This document shows positions 1 to 9,784 of a stretch of DNA of 64,000 nt, piece after piece. The stretch's first letter is position 1. Each line of letters opens with the position of its first letter. Origin of the DNA: an uncultured Thiotrichaceae bacterium (GTDB lineage Bacteria > Pseudomonadota > Gammaproteobacteria > SZUA-229); assembly GCA_964651445.1 (NCBI GenBank), contig CAZYYW010000001.1, positions 173 through 64,172 of the forward strand, read 5' to 3'. A program made the translations under genes and the position numbers. The notes below the pieces were generated by a model. The model saw nothing but the letters and a program-made list of their open reading frames with translations, made no database searches and was not told the DNA's origin.

Positions 1-13
1 AACCGGGACTATT

Positions 14-460
14 TTGCCTGTATCCGGTGAGATAGCCCGTTATGATGTATCACGATACCTTGACCTCACCTTATGCAATGAACACAACGCTGGCTTCGAT
101 GCTATTGGCAAGCAACAGCGTCAGGGACAAAAGGTACTGATAAAAAGTAGGATAATTACAGATTCAATAAAATCAGGTCATCGACTTGGACAGATAAATC
201 CAAATGCTAGCTGGGATATTGTCATCCTTGCATTAATGGACAACACTTTTGAGCCTTACGAAATGTATCAGTTAAGCCGTGATCAAGTGATTGACTGTGC
301 TTCAGGAAACAATAAAAAGAACATCACCATTTCCGTGGCAAAATTTAAAGCCATTGGCGACTTGGTTTGGACAAGTAATCAAGATATCATTTATTCAGAT
401 AATAAAGATATAAGTAACGAATATTATAATGAACCGGTAGTCCATTCAGAATATGTTTAA
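14..460 (+). CDS. hypothetical protein; TTG start at 14, and the frame stays open to position 2 so the gene may extend off the left edge
   Basis: Long ORF ending at a convergent hairpin; no recognisable motifs; convergent with fliT. Confidence 0.3.
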   Translation: MPVSGEIARYDVSRYLDLTLCNEHNAGFDAIGKQQRQGQKVLIKSRIITDSIKSGHRLGQINPNASWDIVILALMDNTFEPYEMYQLSRDQVIDCASGNNKKNITISVAKFKAIGDLVWTSNQDIIYSDNKDISNEYYNEPVVHSEYV

Positions 461-476
461 GCCGCCCTAAGGCGGC
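461..476. terminator. GC-rich hairpin (GCCGCC-ctaa-GGCGGC) between two convergent genes; candidate bidirectional terminator
   Basis: Perfect 6-bp GC stem with a 4-nt loop, immediately after the stop at 460 and before the fliT stop at 507. Confidence 0.45.
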
Positions 477-506
477 TCTGATGAATATCTTAAGGAAGGG
501 TTTTAA

Positions 507-827
507 CTAAGCACTGTTCATGGCATACATATTAACCGCATGCCGACCCTTGCTGATGGTTGAAATTTCGCTGCGAGAATTTTCGCGTGCTTTTAGGGTA
601 ATCTTTTCTAGTTGTTTGTTTATATCGATGATTTTCTGTATTTTGTTGTCTATATCAACGACATTATGATGCTGTATCGAACCGGAGAATAATTGCTCAA
701 GCAATTCACTGCGTTTCACTTCTATATCGATGACTTTGTTCCAGTTACCCGCTGCAGCATCTTTTAGCATGCTCTCACTGCACACAATAGCACTCTGTAT
801 TTGTTTATCTTTATTATTCATAGCCAA
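507..827 (-). CDS. fliT: FliT-like flagellar export chaperone (small helical protein)
   Basis: 106-aa helical ORF directly downstream of fliS in the fliD-fliS-fliT position. Confidence 0.45.
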   Translation of the reverse strand: MAMNNKDKQIQSAIVCSESMLKDAAAGNWNKVIDIEVKRSELLEQLFSGSIQHHNVVDIDNKIQKIIDINKQLEKITLKARENSRSEISTISKGRHAVNMYAMNSA

Positions 828-864
828 TGCTCACGTGGTTGTTGTTATCTGGTTAGTAGAAAAA

Positions 865-1296
865 TTATGATGCAACTGAAATATCAACGTCTGTCTGTTT
901 TCTCATATCTTGGGGTATCGATTCCCAGCCAGACTTTATTTCATGCAACAAACCAGAAACCTCATTTAGTATTGAAACATCATTTTTCATGTTTGCTTTT
1001 AATAAACGACCTTCAATATACTCGTAAATATTATCCAGGTTTCTCGCCAGCTCACCGCCAGCTTCGATGTTTAAACTGGATTTCAATCCGCCGATAATGG
1101 CTATCGCTTGTCCGATAACTTCACCTTTTTTAGCCGTTTCCTCACGCGCCATTAATCCTTTAACTATCGCTATTTTACCTAGAGCACCTTCTAGTAACAT
1201 CATCACCAGTCGATGCGGATCGGCATCTGTTACGCCGCTAATTCTGTTTATCTGGTTATAATGTGAGATATTTGTGCCCATTGTTGCAATGCTCAT
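865..1296 (-). CDS. fliS: flagellar export chaperone FliS
   Basis: 143 aa; the LLEGAL...IIGGL helical-bundle pattern typical of FliS; flagellar context. Confidence 0.85.
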   Translation of the reverse strand: MSIATMGTNISHYNQINRISGVTDADPHRLVMMLLEGALGKIAIVKGLMAREETAKKGEVIGQAIAIIGGLKSSLNIEAGGELARNLDNIYEYIEGRLLKANMKNDVSILNEVSGLLHEIKSGWESIPQDMRKQTDVDISVAS

Positions 1297-1439
1297 TCTG
1301 CGCCCTCTATTTTTTAGTTATTTCACTGTCCAATAAAAACCAAACAATTAACCACATGTTTGCTTTGCCTTTTAAATATTCTCATAACGGGTGGCAACTT
1401 AACTAGTCGCTATCTACACATCTGCAATTTAAATGCCAA

Positions 1440-1838
1440 TTACATGTATTCACTAAATAGCTTTATATTGCCACCATCACCCAAGTTTCGAGCAAAGCTT
1501 AAAGCCTCTTCATTTGGGATTTGTCGAATCACTTCATCTGTGGCTAAGTCAATGACTTTAATAACAGTCTTACCGCTATCTTTGTCGACACTAAAATGAA
1601 TTTCACGTTGCACAAGCTGCATAGTTTCATTAATTTTTTTCACTGCTTCGTCAAGTTGCGCTGCATCCACAGCTTCTACCACTGCGGCACTTTGTTCTGG
1701 CTTTGCCGCCTGTGCTGGCAATTCATTACCGAATTGCGGATGATTACGCGCTGAAGCTGTACCATTAACCGGCAATATTCTTTCTGCGGCTCTCTGACTA
1801 ACGTCAATCATCTTGTTATCATCATTGGATATTCTCAT
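1440..1838 (-). CDS. flaG: FlaG family flagellar protein
   Basis: 132 aa; C-terminal KTVIKVIDLATDEVIRQIP FlaG signature; next to fliD and flagellin. Confidence 0.75.
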   Translation of the reverse strand: MRISNDDNKMIDVSQRAAERILPVNGTASARNHPQFGNELPAQAAKPEQSAAVVEAVDAAQLDEAVKKINETMQLVQREIHFSVDKDSGKTVIKVIDLATDEVIRQIPNEEALSFARNLGDGGNIKLFSEYM

Positions 1839-2040
1839 CAGGGTGTCACCTGCTAATTATTTTAAAACATTCGTCCTTACGCTTTATCGACTCAATACCT
1901 GCCTGAAATTTTTTTCAGGATAACGTCTTAGACTTTCATTACTACTAGTAACTATATCGACAGGCTTAAAATTTCCTTTAATCTTGCGCCTATTTGCTCA
2001 ATATTTATCGCCGAAAAAGCGAAATAATCACCGCCATACG

Positions 2041-3408
2041 CTACCTTCGGGAGATTTGAGGTAAATTGGCGAGTTGTTGCGTTAAGAAACTACCTGTCGA
2101 CTGCAACTGCGCCACTAATATATCCATCGCGATGAACTGCGCACTCAGACGCGCTTCTAATGAAGCCATGCGTCTATCTAATACTTCTCGCCTATCGTCT
2201 ATTCCATCTAACCGACTTTGCAGACCATCTCGGCGAGAATCAATAATACCGTCGTCAGCAACATACCCTGTTATCGCGGCAGAAAACCCTTGTGCTATAC
2301 CACCAGAGGAAGAAAAGAAATTCCTTACATCGGATAAATTACTGGCGAGTTTTTCATCAAACACGGTTGCGTCCAGCTTTAAGCTGCCACCATCCCCTAG
2401 TGTGATGCCCAGCTCAGATAAGTTAGAAAATACACCGCCACTGGCACCAGAAGACAGCGCCTGACGCAAGCTATTTTGTATCCCTCTAACCACAGAATCA
2501 CCGTTTAGCGGCCCTGCTATTAAAGTCGATTGATCAAAACCTGATAAACCTTTCATCACACCGATGAGCGTGTTGTAATTCAAGACAAAACTATCGACAT
2601 CTTTTTTAATGGCGTCATTGTCCAGTACCACCGAAAGTGTTTCTGATGAACCTGGTTGCGCACTGTTGAGATTAAAGGTCACACCTGAAATAACATCGGA
2701 AAAATTATTGCTGCCACGTGTCACTGTCTGCGAATCGACTTGTATTACCGCGTCAGATGCCGATATCAGCGTTGTTAAATTGGATGAATCCAGTTGCGTT
2801 AAATCAAACCCAGGCACCGTACCATCATCTGTGGCAAGTACATTAATGGTATTACTTGCGCCCACCTGATCTGAACTTAGAATTAACTGCGTCCCCGAAT
2901 CTACAGTGATTAAAGATGCTCTTACTCCAGGATTATCCGATGCTATATTGATAGCATCGCGTATGCCTTCTAATGTATTGTTGCTACTATCGATGGTGAG
3001 CTGAAAGGTTTCTGCGCCAAGTGATATATCAAGTGTACCGGCACCCATAACCTCGCTACTATCAGTAAAATCCGCCGAACGCAGTTTTTCTGCCTGTGCT
3101 AGTTGTATTACTTCAATGTTATAACTACCTGCAACTGCGGTGTCATCTGTTGTGGCGCTAAACACCTCGTCATTACTGGAACTGGCTTTATAAACCTGGA
3201 ATGCTAATGGATCTTCCAGACGACTTATACTGGTTTGAAAAGCAGACAGTGCGCCTTTAAGTGTGCCGAAGGCCGATAGCTCCGAACCCAAACTGGTTTC
3301 TCGTGTGTTTAATCGTGCATTCACCGGTTCTGCCTCGGCAGCAACTAACTGTGAGACAATGCTATTTATGTCCAGACCTGAACCGATTCCACTTGCAATA
3401 ATTGGCAT
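2041..3408 (-). CDS. fliD: flagellar filament cap protein FliD (HAP2)
   Basis: 455 aa; N-terminal IASGIGSGLDINSIVSQLVAAE...RLNTRETSL is the classic FliD N-terminus; C-terminal heptads. Confidence 0.9.
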   Translation of the reverse strand: MPIIASGIGSGLDINSIVSQLVAAEAEPVNARLNTRETSLGSELSAFGTLKGALSAFQTSISRLEDPLAFQVYKASSSNDEVFSATTDDTAVAGSYNIEVIQLAQAEKLRSADFTDSSEVMGAGTLDISLGAETFQLTIDSSNNTLEGIRDAINIASDNPGVRASLITVDSGTQLILSSDQVGASNTINVLATDDGTVPGFDLTQLDSSNLTTLISASDAVIQVDSQTVTRGSNNFSDVISGVTFNLNSAQPGSSETLSVVLDNDAIKKDVDSFVLNYNTLIGVMKGLSGFDQSTLIAGPLNGDSVVRGIQNSLRQALSSGASGGVFSNLSELGITLGDGGSLKLDATVFDEKLASNLSDVRNFFSSSGGIAQGFSAAITGYVADDGIIDSRRDGLQSRLDGIDDRREVLDRRMASLEARLSAQFIAMDILVAQLQSTGSFLTQQLANLPQISRR

Positions 3409-3540
3409 TTCAAAATCCTCTAAACTTTATGACTGCATTTAAAATTATTTCGTATCACATAATTAGTATGACGCTTAAACAATAAAAACTCTGGCAGTGT
3501 ATCCCTGCCAAAGCTTATTAAAATACTACCGGTAACCGTG

Positions 3541-3566
3541 GTCAGGCAAAAAACCTTGCCTGACCA
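3541..3566 (-). terminator. perfect 10-bp stem-loop (GGTCAGGCAA / TTGCCTGACC) 12 bp downstream of the flagellin stop
   Basis: Inverted repeat read directly; location typical of the strong flagellin terminator/attenuator; no clear U-tract. Confidence 0.5.
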
Positions 3567-3578
3567 TTCATTAACCAA

Positions 3579-4775
3579 CTACCGAAGCAGGCTCAATACG
3601 TTTTGTGGTATTGAATTTGCTTGCGACAACATGGCAACACCGGCCTGTTGCAGAATCTGATTACGTGTCAAACTTGCTGTTTCTGCAGCAAAGTCAGCAT
3701 CACGAATACGACCACGTGCTGCGCTGGTGTTTTCTGAGTTAATGGCCAGATTATTTACCACACTTTCAAAACGTGTTTGAATTGCACCCAGATCAGCACG
3801 TGCAGTGTTAACCGCTGTTAGCGCTGCATCCATCTGTCCAATTGTTGCTACTGCACCTGTCGCTGTTGATATATCCATGCTGGCAAAGCCATTGGTTACC
3901 GAGGTTGCAGTTGTAGCTGCCGCTAGACCTGTGTTAACGGTTGCAGCGTCTTGATCACCACCGGCGCTGGCAACAAATGCAACAACAATAGCATCTGCCT
4001 TTGCAGCATCACCTGCGTAACTAAGAGTCACTAAATCACTATTCGTCCCGCCCACTGATGCAATAACACCGGTTGTGCCAGAAATTGCATTAATGGCTGA
4101 ACTTACACCGACCGCACGCTCTGCTGCACTAGTAGCCACACCGATAGCGCCGACATTTGTGCCGTTAATGGTAAGTGTGTCTGCTTCAATAGCACCCCAG
4201 TTAACATCAGCAGTGCCTGCTGCAACAGTAGCGCCTGTAGCTGAGGTAGCATTATGATTTTCGCCCAAACTAGAAGATTGTGCATTGACAATGCCGCTAA
4301 TAGCAATCGTTTCACCACGATTAGCACCTACCTGAAAGCTCTGATCAACAAAACTACCATCAAGCAACTTAACACCATTGAAATTTGTTTGTGTCGCCAC
4401 ACGATCAACTTCACTTTTAAGCTGTTGCGCTTCTGCATTCAGTGCTGCACGGTCAGATGCACTGTTTGTTGCATTGGCAGACTGTACCGCTAGTTCACGA
4501 ATACGTTGCAAGGCGCTACTGACACTATCAAGCGAGCCTTCCGCCGTTTGTGCTAAAGAAACACCATCATTGGCGTTACGCATGGCGATATTCATGCCAC
4601 GTATTTGTGTGGTCATTCTTTCTGAAATAGCCAGACCTGCCGCATCGTCTTTTGCACTGTTAATGCGCAAACCAGAGGATAAACGTTGTAGTGATGTCGC
4701 AAGATCCATTGATGATGAAGATAAATTACGCTGCGCGTTTAATGAGGCAACGTTAGTATTAATTGTTAAAGCCAT
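3579..4775 (-). CDS. fliC: flagellin
   Basis: 398 aa; conserved N-terminus (MALTINTNVASLNAQRNL...LSSGLRINSAKDDAAG) and C-terminus (QNVLSLLR); Ala/Thr/Ser/Gly-rich variable centre. Confidence 0.95.
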   Translation of the reverse strand: MALTINTNVASLNAQRNLSSSSMDLATSLQRLSSGLRINSAKDDAAGLAISERMTTQIRGMNIAMRNANDGVSLAQTAEGSLDSVSSALQRIRELAVQSANATNSASDRAALNAEAQQLKSEVDRVATQTNFNGVKLLDGSFVDQSFQVGANRGETIAISGIVNAQSSSLGENHNATSATGATVAAGTADVNWGAIEADTLTINGTNVGAIGVATSAAERAVGVSSAINAISGTTGVIASVGGTNSDLVTLSYAGDAAKADAIVVAFVASAGGDQDAATVNTGLAAATTATSVTNGFASMDISTATGAVATIGQMDAALTAVNTARADLGAIQTRFESVVNNLAINSENTSAARGRIRDADFAAETASLTRNQILQQAGVAMLSQANSIPQNVLSLLR

Positions 4776-4838
4776 GTCTGTTCTCCTAGAGCGAGCAGAT
4801 ATACGACCAACGTGGTGTATTTACTGCTTCTGCTATCC

Positions 4839-4865
4839 TTAACGACAGGACTTTAAAAAACTTTA
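4839..4865 (-). promoter_or_regulatory. candidate sigma28 (FliA) promoter for flagellin; minus strand reads TAAAGTTT-N11-GTCGTTAA
   Basis: Minus-strand match to TAAAGTTT-N11-GCCGATAA (8/8 at -35, 6/8 at -10) about 65 nt upstream of the flagellin ATG. Confidence 0.4.
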
Positions 4866-4909
4866 ATGGCTGTTTACATGTTTTCAATATATTTCTCATA
4901 ATGACTGAT

Positions 4910-6433
4910 TTACATATGTTGACAGCCATAAGGCACTGTCATGATGCCGGAGGGCGATAACTCGTTTACAAAAACATGTAGGTGTTTTTTGTAATGTCTA
5001 CTATTTTCAGACGAAACTTTATACTGCCGAGATTCAGGCAGTGAATACCTCGCTATATTGACCTTATTTTTACTCGTGGCAAAAGCCTGCCCTGATACTT
5101 GCCATTGTATGTTGATAAATTCAAATAACTGCTTACTGACATTCGCCGGGCATGCAATTAACTCTTCATAATTCACCTTATGTATTTTTATCGGCAGAAC
5201 ATCTTCCCAATGCGCCATTAAACGTTGATATTGCTGAAAATATAACGCTATATGTTCCTGATTATATGAATAATCATTTTCTGTCGTAAAGTTTCGAAAA
5301 TAACTGGAGAGACAAACATCAAACGGATTTCTAACACAGTGAATAATTTGCGCCTGTGGATATAACAGTGCAATCAAACCCAGATACAGATAATTTTCTG
5401 GCATTGTATTTATTATTTTTTCTGGTTTCTTGCTTTCGCTGCTAGCAGCAATGTTATTGACCTCATTAAGATAAAACCTTGAATAGTTATTGATAATTTC
5501 AATGTTAAAATCGTTTTTATAAAGCCTGTTAAACCGTTCTGAAATCAGCCTGATTTGATTGCCTTCGCCGATGCTATAGACATCCGCCTTTCTGTTGAGC
5601 ATGTTTTCCACCAGGCTGATGCCTGAACATGGCATACCCACAACAAATACTGGTTGCACGCTATTATTTAACGCATTCCTATCAAACTTATTAAATATGG
5701 CAGGCGTATAGGTGGCAATCCGTTGCGTCATCACGCTTACGTGTTTATCACCGTCAAACATTAAACCCTTGCTCATATTCGCCACCAGATAGTTGGCAAA
5801 GGCTTTATCATAACGACCACTGGCATCGTATATATTGCCTAATGAAAAATAAAAGCTACTACGATCTTCCAGTGACAATTCTGTGTTTTCAAGTAATTTT
5901 TCAATATTAATAACATCCTGATCGCTTAGAATACTGGCATCAATTTCAGCCACGCCTTGCAGATTCTTAGGGTCATCAGGATTTAATTCAAAGGCGTATT
6001 TGTAGTGATGCAGGGCAAGGTCAAGATTACCTTGCCTCAAGTTCAAACGTGCTAATTCTGCATGTGCCTCTGCATTATTTTCGTCTATATTCAACATACA
6101 TATATAATGCAATATGGCATCATTAAAGCGTGAAGCACGGGTATGAACCTGAGCAAGATTTTTATTTGTCTCGATGTTATCTGGGTTTAACTCCCATGCC
6201 ATGTTTAAAAACTCAACAGCCAGTTTTAACATGCCGGCTTGCATTGCAATCAAACCCAAACCATTTAGTACCAAAATATTTTTAGGTTCTAACTGTAACG
6301 CTTTCTGGTAAAGGTAATTTGCCTGCTTCAACTTATTTTCTTCAAAATAGTCATTCGCTTCGAAGATCAGCCTTGCCACATGATTATCATGACGTTTTGT
6401 CTTCTGTTGAATTTTTATTTCTATGCTTTTCAT
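4910..6433 (-). CDS. TPR-repeat protein with a C-terminal sulfotransferase-family domain; putative flagellin-glycan modifying enzyme
   Basis: N-terminal TPR repeats; C-terminal VVGMPCSGISLVENML resembles the 5'-PSB motif and HCVRNPFDV the 3'-PB motif of sulfotransferases; sits between flagellin and flgL. Confidence 0.6.
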   Translation of the reverse strand: MKSIEIKIQQKTKRHDNHVARLIFEANDYFEENKLKQANYLYQKALQLEPKNILVLNGLGLIAMQAGMLKLAVEFLNMAWELNPDNIETNKNLAQVHTRASRFNDAILHYICMLNIDENNAEAHAELARLNLRQGNLDLALHHYKYAFELNPDDPKNLQGVAEIDASILSDQDVINIEKLLENTELSLEDRSSFYFSLGNIYDASGRYDKAFANYLVANMSKGLMFDGDKHVSVMTQRIATYTPAIFNKFDRNALNNSVQPVFVVGMPCSGISLVENMLNRKADVYSIGEGNQIRLISERFNRLYKNDFNIEIINNYSRFYLNEVNNIAASSESKKPEKIINTMPENYLYLGLIALLYPQAQIIHCVRNPFDVCLSSYFRNFTTENDYSYNQEHIALYFQQYQRLMAHWEDVLPIKIHKVNYEELIACPANVSKQLFEFINIQWQVSGQAFATSKNKVNIARYSLPESRQYKVSSENSRHYKKHLHVFVNELSPSGIMTVPYGCQHM

Positions 6434-6461
6434 TTTTATATCCCATTTACACGTGCCATAG

Positions 6462-7364
6462 CTACAGATAGTTAAATAATGACAAACCCTGAATTTTTAC
6501 AAAACTTTGTTGCGATGCTTGTAACGACAGTAACTGCTGCTCAAACCTGCTGACGGCTTCTGCATAGTCCAAGTCTTGTAGACCTGAACGATTTTCCTGC
6601 AGTACCAGCGTAAAACTGCTATTCACATTTCTTTGCCCATCAATGGTATTTAAACGGCCACCAATACTTGCGCGAGCATCGTTCACTACGTTGAGCGCGG
6701 AATCTAGGCGACTAAGTGTCACGCCTGATGGTGTATTTGCCTCTAGATCTGTGACAAAATCTTGTATCACTGAAAACATACTGGCATTGCCTCCTGCACC
6801 GTCATCAATTTTCATGAATATGTCGTCACCAGAGTCTCCAACCGATACCTGACTTCTGCTGCCAATTTGTACATTTCGCTGACCCTGGTCACCGTTGTAA
6901 CTAAAATTACCGGAACCGTCATCGGTAAACGGTACGGTATCGGTTTTAAAACCGGCGAATAAATATTCACCACTGGCATCGGTACTGTTTGCTAATTGCA
7001 TCAGAGCATCAATACTGAGCTGCACTTCTGCCACCATCGACAAACGATCACTCGCACTCAAGCTGCCATTATTTGCGTGTACCGAAATTTCACGGATACG
7101 TTGTAAAACATCATTTACTTCGGTTAACACCGCCTCTCCCATAACCAGACGTGTTTCTGCAAAATCGGCATTTCGTTGAAACTGGTTAGTGCTTTCAATC
7201 ACTTTATTTAGATCAAGAATTCGAGTGGCTGCGGTGGGGTCATCACTGGGCGTTAAAACACGCTTGCCGGTGGCAATCTGCTGCTGCGTTTTAGCCAGTT
7301 CAGCCTGAGTATTTAACATGGCATTCACTGCTTGTTGAAATATTTGTGCTGTCGAGATACGCAT
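6462..7364 (-). CDS. flgL: flagellar hook-associated protein 3 FlgL
   Basis: 300 aa; MRISTAQIFQQ... N-terminus and flagellin-like termini; follows flgK. Confidence 0.9.
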   Translation of the reverse strand: MRISTAQIFQQAVNAMLNTQAELAKTQQQIATGKRVLTPSDDPTAATRILDLNKVIESTNQFQRNADFAETRLVMGEAVLTEVNDVLQRIREISVHANNGSLSASDRLSMVAEVQLSIDALMQLANSTDASGEYLFAGFKTDTVPFTDDGSGNFSYNGDQGQRNVQIGSRSQVSVGDSGDDIFMKIDDGAGGNASMFSVIQDFVTDLEANTPSGVTLSRLDSALNVVNDARASIGGRLNTIDGQRNVNSSFTLVLQENRSGLQDLDYAEAVSRFEQQLLSLQASQQSFVKIQGLSLFNYL

Positions 7365-7366
7365 TT

Positions 7367-9337
7367 TTATCTCCTTATCGAATTAAGTAAGGTATCAAAC
7401 AATGAACTCGCCACTGCGATAACTTGTGCCGATGCCTGATAGGCTTGTTGAAAACGAATTAAGTTTGCAGCTTCATCATCCAAATTTACGCCTGAAACAG
7501 AATCACGCGATGCAATGGCATGTTCCAGCACTCGGTTTTGTGACAGACTGCTGAGTTCTGCCTGTTTGGTTGCGGTTCCAACATCGGCGACTAAGGTGCT
7601 GTAACTGTCATTAATACTGGCAGTGCCATTTGACATTGATTTGTTATTTAGCACCGCAGACAGCAACAACATATTGCGGTTATCACCAACACCGCCGGTG
7701 TTATATTCACTGCGAAACTCATCCCCTATGTCGGGCACACCGGTCAAGCGCATACTGTATCCGTGGTCAATCCCAGAAGGTGTCGGAAACACATCAGCAC
7801 CCGTCGCCGGGTTGTAGATAATTCCCGACTCCAGTAAAACTGGACTAGCAGGATTGGCGTTGTTATATATATCGTAACTAGTCGCACTGGTAAAACGCAG
7901 CATTACCGGCGGTGATAACTGACCGGCAGTGCTTTGAAAAACGCTATTATTAATGTCACTCACCACACCTGATGACATTTCGCCACTGCCAGTATTCGCC
8001 GCAGAAGCAATGGTTCTTAATGGTGCAGCAGCGGCAATTTGTCTATCGTTTGCCAATAACATCTGCATGTCGGCAGCACCATTACGTGTGGGTTGTATTA
8101 AATAAGTATCACCGGCGACTGGCGAAGAAGTTATTTCAAAACGTAATCCGTCTGCAATAAAAGGGTCTAGTGCGGTTCCCGCTCCGCTCATCGGTACCAC
8201 TTGATTGGTATCGTTTTGCGATAACTGCCAAGCACCGGAGGTATATCGCATGGTGTAGTCGTTGTTCGTCAGTTCACCAATATTATTGAATGCCACGCTG
8301 ACTTTCCCCGGCGTTCCCGCTAGCGTTAGTGCTTGTGGCTGTGAAATCGTGAACATTTCAGTGCCCAGTGCTCCATCCAAATCCATGCCCTGTGTTTGCT
8401 GCTCATTGATAAAGTGAGCCATGCTGATCGCGGTTAAACCCAAACTGTTACTTGCAGGGTTAAGCATATTGTCTCGAAAGTTTAATGTGCCACCTAAACG
8501 CCCGCCTGAAAGTTGTTCAGTAATCGGAACCAAGGTGCCACCGCTACCCCTTATCGCCACACCAAGCGTACCCGGATCACTGGCAACGATAAAGGCTTCC
8601 AGGGTTGTGGGTCGGTTACCAACAACCAACATTTGGCCACTGCCTGCCATTACATTAATAGCACCATCGTCTTGCTGTACTGTGGTAACTGAAACCAGTT
8701 CTGATAAATTTCGTATCAATAAATCCCGTTGGTCGAGCAAGTCATTGACTGGCTGACCTCCTAACCGGTTTTGGGTGACAACAATGGATTCATTTAATGT
8801 TGCGATGGAAGTGCTTAAGGTGTTAATTTCGCTAACGCTGCTGCGGATATCGCCATTAACCTGATTGCGCACACCATTCATCCAAGATGACAATTCGTTA
8901 AAGTGTGTCGCAAGATATTGTGACTCCGCCAGTAACACTTGACGAGACGCGGATGATGTTGGCGAGTGGGAAACATCTTGCATTGCATTAAAAAAACGTT
9001 GGATGGATGTTGCAACCCCTGTGTCAGGGTCTGCAATAACTTGATCAATCTGTGATGCCAATGTATGAAAAGCCTGAAACTCTGCTGCCGCTGAGGCACT
9101 GTTACGCACATTGGCTTCAATAAAACTACTAAAGGAACGTGTAATACTAGTAGCCTGTACACCCGTACCGATAGATCCAAAACCGCTAAGTTGCGGCACT
9201 CGAGTACTCAGCTCTACACTTTGTCTACTGTAACCTTCGGTGTTCACATTTGCGATATTATGTCCAATGGTAGTGAGCGAACGCTGAAATGCCTGTAAGC
9301 CTGAACTACCAATACCAAGTAAACTGCTGCCTGACAT
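7367..9337 (-). CDS. flgK: flagellar hook-associated protein 1 FlgK
   Basis: 656 aa; N-terminal SLLGIGSSGLQAFQRSLTTIGHNIANVNTEGYSRQ; C-terminal LIRFQQAYQASAQVI. Confidence 0.9.
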   Translation of the reverse strand: MSGSSLLGIGSSGLQAFQRSLTTIGHNIANVNTEGYSRQSVELSTRVPQLSGFGSIGTGVQATSITRSFSSFIEANVRNSASAAAEFQAFHTLASQIDQVIADPDTGVATSIQRFFNAMQDVSHSPTSSASRQVLLAESQYLATHFNELSSWMNGVRNQVNGDIRSSVSEINTLSTSIATLNESIVVTQNRLGGQPVNDLLDQRDLLIRNLSELVSVTTVQQDDGAINVMAGSGQMLVVGNRPTTLEAFIVASDPGTLGVAIRGSGGTLVPITEQLSGGRLGGTLNFRDNMLNPASNSLGLTAISMAHFINEQQTQGMDLDGALGTEMFTISQPQALTLAGTPGKVSVAFNNIGELTNNDYTMRYTSGAWQLSQNDTNQVVPMSGAGTALDPFIADGLRFEITSSPVAGDTYLIQPTRNGAADMQMLLANDRQIAAAAPLRTIASAANTGSGEMSSGVVSDINNSVFQSTAGQLSPPVMLRFTSATSYDIYNNANPASPVLLESGIIYNPATGADVFPTPSGIDHGYSMRLTGVPDIGDEFRSEYNTGGVGDNRNMLLLSAVLNNKSMSNGTASINDSYSTLVADVGTATKQAELSSLSQNRVLEHAIASRDSVSGVNLDDEAANLIRFQQAYQASAQVIAVASSLFDTLLNSIRR

Positions 9338-9342
9338 ATGCC

Positions 9343-9783
9343 CTACTCCTGATTACCAATGAAGGATGTTTGTATTGAGGAAGTCGAGCGGTTTATCTGT
9401 TTTTGTATTAATTCAAAATCACCCGCTAAAGGTTTTTCCTCAGGCTTTTGTTGTTTACCAACCATGTCACGTTCCAGCATGTCAGCGATTCCCAGACCAC
9501 CGCCACCACCACTATTAACCAGCTCCAATGCTATTTGTTTATCAAACATTCCTTGGTAAAAACGAGTTTGATCGGATTCTGTAGAGTCACCGCTTATTGT
9601 TGCTTCACGCATTGATTTAAGCATCATCTGTAAAAACAATGCTTCAAACTGTTGCGCGACTTCTTTCGTTGCCGCTTGCGACTGTACGCCATCGTTTTGA
9701 CCCGAGACTTTGGCGCGCAACTTCTGCAAACCACTAAAGTCGGTATAAACACCTGCATCGGCAATGTTATGCATACTATTCAT
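9343..9783 (-). CDS. flgJ: FlgJ rod-binding (rod-cap) protein, single-domain; no C-terminal glucosaminidase domain; likely start MNSMHN at 9783 (ORF track offers 9816)
   Basis: FQMMLKSMR rod-binding motif; N-terminus aligns with E. coli FlgJ from the 9783 start; only about 147 aa. Confidence 0.8.
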   Translation of the reverse strand: MNSMHNIADAGVYTDFSGLQKLRAKVSGQNDGVQSQAATKEVAQQFEALFLQMMLKSMREATISGDSTESDQTRFYQGMFDKQIALELVNSGGGGGLGIADMLERDMVGKQQKPEEKPLAGDFELIQKQINRSTSSIQTSFIGNQE

Positions 9784-9784
9784 T

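Noticed and set aside
3470-3540. TGGCAG...TGCCA motif upstream of fliD as a possible sigma54 promoter
   Set aside because: GG to GC spacing is 14 rather than 12 in either orientation. It is more likely a small palindrome.
2066-4842. Antisense ORFs inside fliD and flagellin (2066-2464+, 2609-2869+, 4075-4257+, 4254-4493+, 4378-4842+)
   Set aside because: They are embedded in the opposite strand of strongly supported flagellar genes. The Ala/Ser/Thr-rich, low-complexity translations are typical of shadow ORFs.
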